Positions 29,148-39,700 of a DNA stretch of 64,000 nucleotides are shown here, in pieces. Position 1 is the stretch's first letter; each line of letters opens with the position of its first letter. Both the position numbers and the translations under genes were made by a program. The notes under the pieces were generated by a model that saw only the letters and a program-made list of their open reading frames with translations, did no database searches and was not told the origin of the DNA. Source of the stretch: a virus; IMG/VR virus record IMGVR_UViG_3300025168_000063, positions 11,536 to 75,535 of that record; one strand, given 5' to 3'.

Positions 29148-30065
29148 ATGAATATTAAAACTATTTTACAAGGTGTAATAGGGCAAGCTAGAACTATGTC
29201 TAACAACGAGCTAGCATTCAATTGTCCTTTCTGCCATCACCACAAAAAAAAGCTTCAAGTAAATACTGAAAGTCAAAAATGGCAATGTTGGGTATGTGGA
29301 GCTAAAGGTAGAAGTATATATGCATTAATCAAAAAGTTGGGAGTTGAAGATCGTATACTTAAAGTGGTAGAGAATTTAGTTGGAAAACCAAAACGATCGG
29401 TTATTGAGAAGGCATATGATGTACTATCACTTCCATCAGACTTTACATCTTTTATGAATGGCAATCCAAAAGATCCAGATTTTATAAATGCATTTCATTA
29501 TTTAACTATGCAACGTAAAATAACTAAATATGATATATTAAAATATAATATAGGATATTGCGATAAAGGATTGTATGCAGGAATGATTATAATTCCATCG
29601 TATGATGAGAACGGACAATTAAACTTCTTCACCGGTAGAACATACTACTCAGATAAATCTTTCAAACATAAGAATCCAAAAGTGTCAAAAGATATAATTG
29701 GATTTGATTTGTTTATCAATTGGAACGAACCGATAATAATTGTTGAGGGTGCATTTGATGCTATTGCAATTAAAAGAAATGCAATCCCTTTGTTTGGAAA
29801 GAAAATGATGAACACGTTAAAAACTAAAATAATTAACTCAGGAGTTTCACAAATAACTATTGCATTAGATACCGATGCAGTTTTAGACGCATTAGAAATG
29901 TGTGAATATTTAATGTCAAATGGAGTTGAGGTAAGATTATTAGAAATGAAGGATAAAGATCCAAGTGAATTAGGATTCGCCACAGTCACCCAGTATATCA
30001 ATACATCAGTGCCACTGACAGCGAGTTTACTAATGCAGAAAAAGATAATAGGGAGTTTTGCTTAA
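29148..30065 (+). CDS. DNA primase (Zn finger plus TOPRIM)
   Basis: CPFC...WQCWVC, IIIP...FFTGR, IVEGAFDA, IALDTDA and KDPSE. Confidence 0.9.
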   Translation: MNIKTILQGVIGQARTMSNNELAFNCPFCHHHKKKLQVNTESQKWQCWVCGAKGRSIYALIKKLGVEDRILKVVENLVGKPKRSVIEKAYDVLSLPSDFTSFMNGNPKDPDFINAFHYLTMQRKITKYDILKYNIGYCDKGLYAGMIIIPSYDENGQLNFFTGRTYYSDKSFKHKNPKVSKDIIGFDLFINWNEPIIIVEGAFDAIAIKRNAIPLFGKKMMNTLKTKIINSGVSQITIALDTDAVLDALEMCEYLMSNGVEVRLLEMKDKDPSELGFATVTQYINTSVPLTASLLMQKKIIGSFA

Positions 30066-33000
30066 ATGAAAAAAATAGAAATAGGATTTGATAAAATAAC
30101 GAAAGTAGCTCATATAGCTGACATTCATATTAGAAACGTAAAACGCCATAAAGAATATAAACGCGTATTTGCAAAATTATATAAAGATCTGAAATCTACT
30201 CTTCCTAAAGAAGGTGGGCTAATATATCTAGCAGGAGACATCGTTCACGCAAAAACGGAAATGAGTCCAGAACTTATTTCAATGACTGGTGAACTATTTA
30301 CTAAATTGAGTAAAATAGCTCCAACAATTCTTATAGCGGGTAATCATGATTGCAATCTGAATAACAAACATAGATTGGATGCACTAACACCAATTGTAGA
30401 TTCTCTCCAATTAGAAAACTTCCACTACCTATATGGTACTGACATATACGAAATAGCAGATTGTCGATTTGTAGTAGAATCAGTATTTGATGCGCCAGAG
30501 AATTACATCAAAGCTGACCAGGTTCCAAATGGTAAAACAAAGATAGCATTATATCACGGACCGGTAACGAGTGCACGTACTGATGTAGGATATGAGCTAC
30601 AAGGAGATCTAGATGTAGTCGACTTCAAGGGATTTGACTATGTAATGCTTGGAGATATTCACAAACACCAGTATCTAGATAAGAAAAAGAGAATAGCATA
30701 CGCCAGCTCATTAGTATGTCAAAACTTTGGAGAGCATCCAACCAATCACGGTTATATCTTGTGGGACTTAGAAACTAAAAAAAGCGAATTCAGACAGATA
30801 AAAAATGATAATGCGTATTATACGTTAATGATCAATGGAGGAGTAGCTGAGAATTATGAAGGTATGCCAAAGCAACCAAGATTAAGAATAAAAGCGGCTA
30901 ACTCATCACAAGCTGATATTAAAAAAGTACTGGCCACATTAAAGAAAGATCGTAAAATTTCAGACGTCACTGTAATACGAACAGATTCATTACGAGATCA
31001 GAAATCGAACGATAGAGACTCTCGACATAACACAATTGGCAATGTTAGAGATATAAATTATCAAAACTCTTTAATTCAAGAATATTTAGATAGAAACTTT
31101 ACTGTAGATGATGACACTGTAAAACATATACGTAAGATAAACAAAGATCTAAATTCTCAACTATCTCAATTAGAAGTTACGCGAGATATAGATTGGCAAA
31201 TTAAAAAATTCGAATTCTCAAACATGTTCAGTTATGGTAAAGACAATGCGATAGACTTTAGTGACTTCAAAGGAACTTATGGTATATTTGCAGCCAATGC
31301 ATCAGGCAAGTCAGCTTTGTTAGATTCGTTATGCTATTGTTTGTTTGATAGATGCAGTCGTGCATCCGATGCAAAGGGAGTAATGAATAATACAAAAAAC
31401 GATTTCTACTGTAAAGCAGAATTAGAAATCTCAGGACAGACGTTTGTAATTGAACGTAAAGCTAGAAGAACTACTAAAGGATATTTGAAAGGTAGAATAA
31501 GCGTAACTACAAATTTTTGGACGTATGATGAAAATGATCAAGAAATTTCATTGAACGGAGAACAACGTAGAGATACAAATAAAGCTATCCAAAGCTATTT
31601 AGGTAAATATGAAGATTTTATCCTAACCTCTATATCAGTGCAAAACAATAACACTGGATTTATCGACTTATCTCAATCTCAACGTAAAGATCTATTAGCG
31701 CAATTTTTAGATGTTACCGTATTTGAAGAGTTGTACGATTTAGCTATACAAGATATTAAAGAAGTTCAGATTCTACTTAAAGATTTTAAAAAGCAAGACT
31801 ATGATGAACAGCTATCACAAGCTGTAAAAAGTTATGATGAGAATACAAAGCTATTCAAAGAATTGACTCGAACGAAAAATGCACTACTAAAAAAACAATC
31901 GAGTTTGGAAAGTAAAATTAGAAAAGAAACTCAAAAGTATAAGCAGATTCCAAACATTACCAATGTTGATGTACTAGAACAGAAACGTGACTCGCTCAAA
32001 TTAGAAATATCTATAATTGAAAGTAGATTAAAAAATGATGAGAAAGAAGCAGTCGCAAATAATAAACTGATAGAAGATACTTCAGATATTCTGAGTAATA
32101 TTAATGACGATACTGTACGTGGAGATTATGAGTTGTGGCAAAAAACGAAAGCTGACAATTCTGACAAATCACATGAGTTGGAAAAAATGAAAATAGATGT
32201 AAGGCATAAACTTGAAAAGTTAAGACATCTAGAGAAACATGAGTACGATCCAAATTGCACATTTTGTATGGATAATCCATTTGTAATAGATGCACGCAAT
32301 ACTCAGCAAGAATTGGAAAGCGATAAAGTAGCAGTTCGTCAAATACTAACTGAAATATCTGATCAGACAAATCTTATAGAAACTCTTAGTAAAGCAGAAC
32401 AGCAATATGTATTCTTACATTCACAGCAAACTATACTAAAGACAGCTAACCAAGAAAAAACTACTGGTAGAGTTCTTTATTATGAAGCTAAGGAAAATCT
32501 AAGAACTAAATCATCTTTACTACAAGAGGTAAGCTCAAAGATATCTGAATATCATACAGCTAAAAAAGATATTATATACAACGAAAAAGTTGCAGAGCGG
32601 ATAACGGTAGCAGAAGATGATAAGAAACATATATCCAATATGATATCAATACATTCAGACGATCTAATGGATATCCACAGTGCTGTACGTGTTGCAGAAT
32701 CTACAAAGCAAACTATCACTGAAAAAATGCAACAAGCTGATGACATGGAAGAAAAATATAAGGCATATGAATACTATCTAGATGCTATACAAAGAGATGG
32801 TGTACCATATGAATTAATCTCAAAAGTTATACCGTTAATAGAAGATGAGGTAAATAATATTTTAGGTCAAATAGTTGACTTTAATATATTATTCCACGTT
32901 GATGGTAAAAATATCAATACGCACATCGTGTATGATGATAAATCGTGGCCATTAGAATTAACATCTGGTATGGAAAAGTTTATATCATCTTTAGCAATCC

Positions 33001-33233
33001 GATCCGCTCTTGTAAGTGTATCAAATCTACCAAAACCAAACTTCTTAGCAATAGATGAAGGATTGGGTAATTTAGATTCGGAAAATCTCAACTCCATGTT
33101 TATGTTATTTGATTATCTTAAATCTCAGTTCAATTTTCTACTAATCATATCACATTTAGAAGCGGTTAGAGATGTAGTAGACAATCTTATCGATATCCAG
33201 AAGGTAAACAACTACAGTAAAATCCACTACTAG
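30066..33233 (+). CDS. Fused Mre11/SbcD (gp47) nuclease - Rad50/SbcC (gp46) ATPase
   Basis: Phosphoesterase motifs ADIH, AGDIVH, AGNHD, YHG and GDIH; Walker A ANASGKS, Zn-hook CTFC, signature SGME, Walker B IDEG and H-loop ISH, all in one ORF. Confidence 0.93.
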   Translation: MKKIEIGFDKITKVAHIADIHIRNVKRHKEYKRVFAKLYKDLKSTLPKEGGLIYLAGDIVHAKTEMSPELISMTGELFTKLSKIAPTILIAGNHDCNLNNKHRLDALTPIVDSLQLENFHYLYGTDIYEIADCRFVVESVFDAPENYIKADQVPNGKTKIALYHGPVTSARTDVGYELQGDLDVVDFKGFDYVMLGDIHKHQYLDKKKRIAYASSLVCQNFGEHPTNHGYILWDLETKKSEFRQIKNDNAYYTLMINGGVAENYEGMPKQPRLRIKAANSSQADIKKVLATLKKDRKISDVTVIRTDSLRDQKSNDRDSRHNTIGNVRDINYQNSLIQEYLDRNFTVDDDTVKHIRKINKDLNSQLSQLEVTRDIDWQIKKFEFSNMFSYGKDNAIDFSDFKGTYGIFAANASGKSALLDSLCYCLFDRCSRASDAKGVMNNTKNDFYCKAELEISGQTFVIERKARRTTKGYLKGRISVTTNFWTYDENDQEISLNGEQRRDTNKAIQSYLGKYEDFILTSISVQNNNTGFIDLSQSQRKDLLAQFLDVTVFEELYDLAIQDIKEVQILLKDFKKQDYDEQLSQAVKSYDENTKLFKELTRTKNALLKKQSSLESKIRKETQKYKQIPNITNVDVLEQKRDSLKLEISIIESRLKNDEKEAVANNKLIEDTSDILSNINDDTVRGDYELWQKTKADNSDKSHELEKMKIDVRHKLEKLRHLEKHEYDPNCTFCMDNPFVIDARNTQQELESDKVAVRQILTEISDQTNLIETLSKAEQQYVFLHSQQTILKTANQEKTTGRVLYYEAKENLRTKSSLLQEVSSKISEYHTAKKDIIYNEKVAERITVAEDDKKHISNMISIHSDDLMDIHSAVRVAESTKQTITEKMQQADDMEEKYKAYEYYLDAIQRDGVPYELISKVIPLIEDEVNNILGQIVDFNILFHVDGKNINTHIVYDDKSWPLELTSGMEKFISSLAIRSALVSVSNLPKPNFLAIDEGLGNLDSENLNSMFMLFDYLKSQFNFLLIISHLEAVRDVVDNLIDIQKVNNYSKIHY

Positions 33234-33234
33234 C

Positions 33235-33242
33235 ATATTTAT
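33235..33242 (+). promoter_or_regulatory. Putative late promoter ATATTTAT
   Basis: Directly after the SbcCD stop and before the fibre cluster. Confidence 0.7.
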
Positions 33243-33275
33243 TAATAGAATATCTAACGTAGCTGGAGATTATGA

Positions 33276-36200
33276 ATGGCATACACTTACGAGTGGCGAA
33301 GAAGGGCTTTATACCTTGGTTATCAAGAAGACGATCGGTATCCGTGTTATTTAACGGATAGCTTAACTCCGTATTCACCATATTTCAATATAACCGGTTT
33401 GAAAGAAACTCTAACTGGTGGGAAAAATCTATTTAAGATTAATCCAACTGAAAACACGCTCCAAATTGGATCTGAGGTATATGTAGAAGTAGCTGATGCA
33501 TTTGGTAATACAATATATACTGAAAACACTGGATTAAGAAACGATCAGAATATACAAGAGCATCTAATCACAAGTTGGGTATATGACGATTATCCATCAA
33601 CACAAATCACATTAACAATTTTAGCTACTGCAATAGTTGATATGGAAGGTAATCCTATAACGGGAAATTTTCCCGATGGAGTACCATTTTGGAATGGAAA
33701 AAGATCTATAAATCCAAATAAAGAATTGGTACGACCAAATGTTAGATGGCAAAAACAACTCTTGGTTGATCCAAAAGCGGGTAATACCGATAAGATAGTA
33801 TTTTCACATCTACCTAAAGTAAGAGTAGCTGAAAAGATAAGAACGTATTTATCTCAATCGTATACATCAGCAAGAATATCATCATCAGTTCAATCTGCCT
33901 CTTTCAGTCATCCAGGAGGGATGATGCCAGCCAATCCAACTGCGGCAGAAATGAAGTCGGGAATAGTATCATTACCGAGACTTAATTCTATTACTCCATT
34001 CTTTTCATCATCGATGGTAGGAGCTACTATTAAATTTAAAGCAGATTTAATCCAGTCTACAAATCCATCGATCAATGTAAATGATTTACAGTCTGGTGAA
34101 ACACTTAATTACACCACTACGATACACTCTGTAGTAAATTCAACTCAAGCACGGTTAACCGATCCATATGAAGTAATAACGGTACAAACTGTAAATGCAA
34201 ACCAAAGTAAGGGTGGAGGAAATCCAGTATACCAATCAGTAGTAACATCTAATATGGTAGAATCATTTAATTTGAGTGCAATGGAAATAACGCATTCTAA
34301 TCCACCAACACTCACACCCACAGAAAATTCAGAATCATATGCATTAGTCGATTTCAAGAATTTGTCACCAGTAGCAGGAGATGTTCATAAAATAGTAACA
34401 AAGGTACGGACCAATGGGACGGTAGGAAGTACTTATCAAACAATTGGTGAGCAGATATTAGAACCAACTGAATTAATGATAGACACTGGAAGCTTCACTA
34501 TGAGAACTACGTGGGGAATTCAGGAGGAACATGATACTCCAGCAAAGTATTGGCAAGTTGCTGCAGCTAATGGAGCTGCCGTTCCTTCACCTCAAAAAGA
34601 CGATTCTCAATTAGCTAATGCACTCGCATTAGCTTTTACTGGCACGTTAAACGGTAGTAAATATGTAATATTAACCCCTAAAGATTTTATCGAATTTGAG
34701 AAGGGAACTGTATATCGACTATCATATAAATCAATCCTAAAAAGAACACCAGACTCATCAATTACATCTGGCTACGATCCGTTGAGTGTCAAAGTGTTCT
34801 TATCAGGGTCGGGATTCGTAGCAACCACTAATGACCCCGACCCTGAGCTAGGATTATATATTGGAAACATGGAGTCAAGTGCTTCATTTGTAGCAGAATT
34901 TGAATCCGAATATCACTTCCAAGCAACTCGTAATGGAATGGGTAAACCAGTATTCAAAATAGAAGCAGCCCACGAAGCACATTTTAGTGATATAAGTCTG
35001 ACGGCAGATACGGATAGTGGATTTACACCAGAACAATTCACAATAATATCGCATATTCCTACAACGCATAATGATGATTTACTAGATTTTAAGTTTGAAT
35101 TGTATAATTCGGAAGGTGTAAAGTCCGAAGTAGACTTACATCATAACGCAGTCGATTTCACTGGAGGAAATACATACATTAGCAATGCACTACTCACGGG
35201 TACAATGGATATCGGCCCAGACGTAGCATCTTCCGGATTTGTGGTAGGTGGTAATGCTTCTGCATATATAAGAACAGTCAATCCAGTATATCCTGGATTC
35301 CACTCATCTTCAGCTGGATCAGGTTCGGGAATATTATTATGGTCAGGATCTCTAGGTAATACAATATACGAGGGCTCGGGAGATGATTATAAAGGTATCG
35401 GAATGGAAATGATATTAGATAGCAGTAGCTATTTTAGATTCCGAACAGATCCATCAGAATTAGATATAAGAGCTCAGAAATTTTTTGTAGGAGATGATGC
35501 AACTCAATTTATCTCAGGAGCATTGGGGAATATAGAAATATCATCTTCAGGTTTCCATCTGGATAGTGAAGGTAATGTAATAATGCAAGGCCAAATCACA
35601 GCAGAAGCGGGTGGTACAATTGGAGGATGGGCGATAGGCGATACTTTCCTAAGTTCTAGTAATATTATACTGAGCTCATCTGGAACAATGCAAACAGCTG
35701 ATTTTGAATCATCTTTACTAGGAGCGGGTGTCGGAAAAGGATGGAAGATAGATAGTAGTGGAGAAGCTGAATTTGAAAATGCGAAGATTCGAGGAACTCT
35801 ACGAACAGCAGTATTTGAAAAAGATACTATATCCGCAGTAGGTGGAGCAGTAATTATTGCCAATGCAACAGTAACTACTGGTAGTGATGTTTTATCTGGT
35901 AGTATGAATGGTAATGTACATGGAGTCCCATCTGCTTCTTTCCAAGTTGATACAGTTGGAGGATGGTCAGTAGGAGAATACGCAATTGTAAAATCAGTTG
36001 AAACAGCTGGATTCACAAATGAGCTAATGAAAGTATTTAGTAGCTCAATCAATCCAACTCCAACATTACACATGTCACGTAGTTTGAATGGAAACACTAT
36101 ACCAACAATGTCAGCCGCTCAAGTCATAGTATCATATGCAAAAGAAGATCAAGGATTCATATTTATGAATGCAACATCTGGATCTGATACACCATTTATT

Positions 36201-36755
36201 GATATAATGGAAAGAACTGGAAGTGGACATCTTGATATAGAAACTAAAGTAAGATTGGGTGATTTGTCTGGATTGAATGCATCTAAAGTAGGATCAAATC
36301 CAGGCCATGGACTATATGGAGAAAATGTATTTCTGACTGGTAAATTAGAAGCATCGGTGTTATCAGGTCAGGTAATAGAAATTGACAATAGCAATTTCAC
36401 TCAATATTTATCATCATCTAATGGTGGAGGTGGATCTTCAATCGGATACTCACTAGTCTTGGACGGATCAGCGGGAGGAAGTCAAGCACTCAATGTAATA
36501 ATAACAGATACTAATTCAGTCGACCCACTAGTCATCAAAGGAATACTAGCACCAGATGTTACTAACGCAACAAACGTTGATGTAAATATAGAAATAGGCG
36601 AAGAGGTAACAGCAGCGATATCAATAGACCCAGATTCGGGAGGAGTCGCAGGAGCTACTATGAAAGTAAATGCAAGTAAATTTTGGAGTGCAATTCAATC
36701 AAATGCAATCCAAGCTAATGTAGCACACGTTGCCGCGAGCGCACTGGGAGTATAA
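33276..36755 (+). CDS. Large tail/fibre structural protein
   Basis: S/G/T-rich beta repeats (GTIGGW, AEFEN...RG, KVRLGDLSG) shared with the 3212-aa protein. Confidence 0.7.
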   Translation: MAYTYEWRRRALYLGYQEDDRYPCYLTDSLTPYSPYFNITGLKETLTGGKNLFKINPTENTLQIGSEVYVEVADAFGNTIYTENTGLRNDQNIQEHLITSWVYDDYPSTQITLTILATAIVDMEGNPITGNFPDGVPFWNGKRSINPNKELVRPNVRWQKQLLVDPKAGNTDKIVFSHLPKVRVAEKIRTYLSQSYTSARISSSVQSASFSHPGGMMPANPTAAEMKSGIVSLPRLNSITPFFSSSMVGATIKFKADLIQSTNPSINVNDLQSGETLNYTTTIHSVVNSTQARLTDPYEVITVQTVNANQSKGGGNPVYQSVVTSNMVESFNLSAMEITHSNPPTLTPTENSESYALVDFKNLSPVAGDVHKIVTKVRTNGTVGSTYQTIGEQILEPTELMIDTGSFTMRTTWGIQEEHDTPAKYWQVAAANGAAVPSPQKDDSQLANALALAFTGTLNGSKYVILTPKDFIEFEKGTVYRLSYKSILKRTPDSSITSGYDPLSVKVFLSGSGFVATTNDPDPELGLYIGNMESSASFVAEFESEYHFQATRNGMGKPVFKIEAAHEAHFSDISLTADTDSGFTPEQFTIISHIPTTHNDDLLDFKFELYNSEGVKSEVDLHHNAVDFTGGNTYISNALLTGTMDIGPDVASSGFVVGGNASAYIRTVNPVYPGFHSSSAGSGSGILLWSGSLGNTIYEGSGDDYKGIGMEMILDSSSYFRFRTDPSELDIRAQKFFVGDDATQFISGALGNIEISSSGFHLDSEGNVIMQGQITAEAGGTIGGWAIGDTFLSSSNIILSSSGTMQTADFESSLLGAGVGKGWKIDSSGEAEFENAKIRGTLRTAVFEKDTISAVGGAVIIANATVTTGSDVLSGSMNGNVHGVPSASFQVDTVGGWSVGEYAIVKSVETAGFTNELMKVFSSSINPTPTLHMSRSLNGNTIPTMSAAQVIVSYAKEDQGFIFMNATSGSDTPFIDIMERTGSGHLDIETKVRLGDLSGLNASKVGSNPGHGLYGENVFLTGKLEASVLSGQVIEIDNSNFTQYLSSSNGGGGSSIGYSLVLDGSAGGSQALNVIITDTNSVDPLVIKGILAPDVTNATNVDVNIEIGEEVTAAISIDPDSGGVAGATMKVNASKFWSAIQSNAIQANVAHVAASALGV

Positions 36756-36756
36756 C

Positions 36757-39700
36757 ATGGCAATAATAAAATTAGGCTCAGGACATAAATATAAATTTAC
36801 TTCATCGGGAAGTAATTTACAATTCAAGGAAGGAACGGATAATCCATTAGGATTAACGATTGCATCTGGAGGATTACAATCTCATGGTAATCTGGAAATC
36901 ATATCAGGTTCCGCAATATTCGATGGACCTTTATCAGCTTCAAACGCAGTTAGATTTACTGGACTGGGAGGAACATATCCTTCTACAGGAAATGTGAAAA
37001 CCGTATACGTTCAAGCAGATGGAACAGTGCAGTTGGGAGTAATAGGTTCTGGTACAGTAGATAGTTCATCTGGAAATATATTTACATCAGACGGTAATCT
37101 AGTATCATCTAGAGAAATAGGATTAGGAGATTCAAATGTATCATTTATGCCAGGTGCATTTAATACTGGAACTGCAACATTATTTATAGGTGGTAATGCT
37201 ACATATGAAAATAGGATAGGTATTAACACAGCTACACCAAAAGAAGCATTAGAAGTAGCAGGAACAATATCAGCAAGTGTAGACATCTATGCAGGTGGAG
37301 ATATCTTCTGTGAAGGAATTATAACAGCTGATGAGTTCCATACGAGTGTTGTTTCAACATCTGTACAATATTCAATTGGTAACACAGAGTTTGGCGATGA
37401 ATCCTCTGACCATCATAAATTTACTGGTAGTGTAGAAATATCTGGTAATTTAACTGTCACAGATGATGATAGTTATTTCTATGGCATGGTATCAATGAGT
37501 ACATTATCATCCAGTCTAGGAATTGCAACTCAGGGAGGAATTCATGGAACAAGTACTCTAAGAGCAGACGGTAATGTAGACTTTAACGGTGATCTAGATG
37601 TAGATGGGACAACTAATTTAGATGTTGTAGATGTAGATGGTACATTAACCGTTGGTGAAGATGATACCGGACACAATGTTAAATTTTATGGTGCAAGTGC
37701 AAACGCATATATGGAGTGGGATGCAAGTGAGGATGGTTTAGTAATTAAACATAGCCCAGATGAAGTCGGATTGGGAGTATACACAACTTCATCAGCTATA
37801 CCTTCAACACCACAATTCAAAGTAGGTAGAGACACAAACCAGTATGTGGGTATTAAAACATCTGATAGAGATGCATGGATCGTTCATAGACAAGATGAAG
37901 ATGATCCAGACAATGCATTAGTACAAGTAAGAACTCGTTTCCAGATATGGGATAGGAATAGTTCATCTGGAAGTCATAGGTGGACATTCGAAAGTGCAGA
38001 TGCATCAGGAGAAAATGTAGCTTCAGCTAGAATGTTAATTTCTTCCTCAGGTAACGTTGGTATAGGAACAACATCGCCAACAAAAACATTAGATGTAGTA
38101 GGTGATATATCCAGCACTACAACTGGTTCATTTGCTTATATAAGTGCTTCAGGCGATCTTGAAGTAAAAGGAAATGTATCAGCTTCAGGTACTATATCAG
38201 CAAGTGGATTACATGTAGTCGATAGAATTGACTTTGACGATAATCCAACAGTTTCAGATGCTGGTATATACTGGAGCAATGCTTCAGACACAAAAGCCTA
38301 TGTAAGAAGATTAGCTACAAACGACCAAATAGAAATAGGTTCAGATAACACAGTAGTGTTTACAGAAACAGATGGTGATACCACAAGGGCTACATTTACC
38401 CTAAATACAGGACAATTTGATTTCATTGGAAGTATATCAGCATCCAGTCATATAAGTTCAAGTGGAACTGGATCATTCACTGGTGGTGGTATATTTGAAG
38501 GTAACGTTGGTATAGGAACAACTAATCCACATCGCGCATTAGTAGTATCACAATCTGCTTTAATTGGTGGTACATCAATGAGTATAGCTAATTCATTTGG
38601 TGAATCAGGTAAAGCATTATTTTTTGATCATAGAACTGGAGCTACTACAGTACCCACCGCAAAAATTGTAGGATGGGGTAGAAACAGTACAAGTCACCTA
38701 CCATATCTTTCATTTGAAGTAAACAACACAACAGCTGCAGGAGCTTCTTCCTTAACACAGGAACGTATGAGAATATTAGCAGATGGTAACGTTGGTATAG
38801 GAACAACAGCACCAGAAGCTACGTTAGAGGTTCAAAGAGCAGCTTCTACATATGCAATAAACTTGGCCGATACATCCACTAGAGCAGGCCTGTTAGTAAA
38901 AAATTCATCACATGATAATTTCACATCTTTCACAAGAGGTGCAAGCGGCCTTCAGCAAATTCAAGGTGTCAATGACGTAGGAGATACTTCATACCCCCTA
39001 TCACTGAATCCATTTGGTGGTAAGGTTTCTATAGGAGGTGCAGCTGCAACCCCATCCGAATCGTTAGATTTAATCGGTGGGTTAGCAATGGGAGAAACAC
39101 TATCAACACGTAGAGTTTTATATCTAGGTGCTGAAACGGAAACAAGAGGACCATTCAATCCAATAGTAGGAGCTATTCAAAAATCAGGAAAATGTTTATT
39201 TTTAGATAAGGAATTCTCAGATGGTACAAATAGTGTCGTTATCTACAATAACGCAGGTGCTGGATATGTATCACATTCTTGGCAACCTTGGTCTCAACAA
39301 TTAGCAGATGACTTCTATGGATTCTCACCAAACGGTTCTTCATTAACGGGTAGTGTAGCACCAAATGGTTCTGGAAATGTTATCCAAATTACTTATGATG
39401 GAGGAGAAGCTACTCCAGGAGATGGTGGATTCTATCAAACATATACTGGAGAGGGTAAAACGGTTGTCCAAGTATTCCAAGCACTCATACCAGAAGGAAG
39501 ATACTTAAATGCTCATGAAAATAGCCAAGGACGTGATAAAGACACTTACTGGTTAACTAACACTGCAGGAACTGGTAAATGGGAATGGTATGCTAGAGTC
39601 AACCACGTTGGTTCTTACAATTCCAATGGAAATACCTTTGGCTCTGCAGGACATGTAGCTCTTAACGAATCTGATGTAGCAACCAAATGGTATTTAGCAT

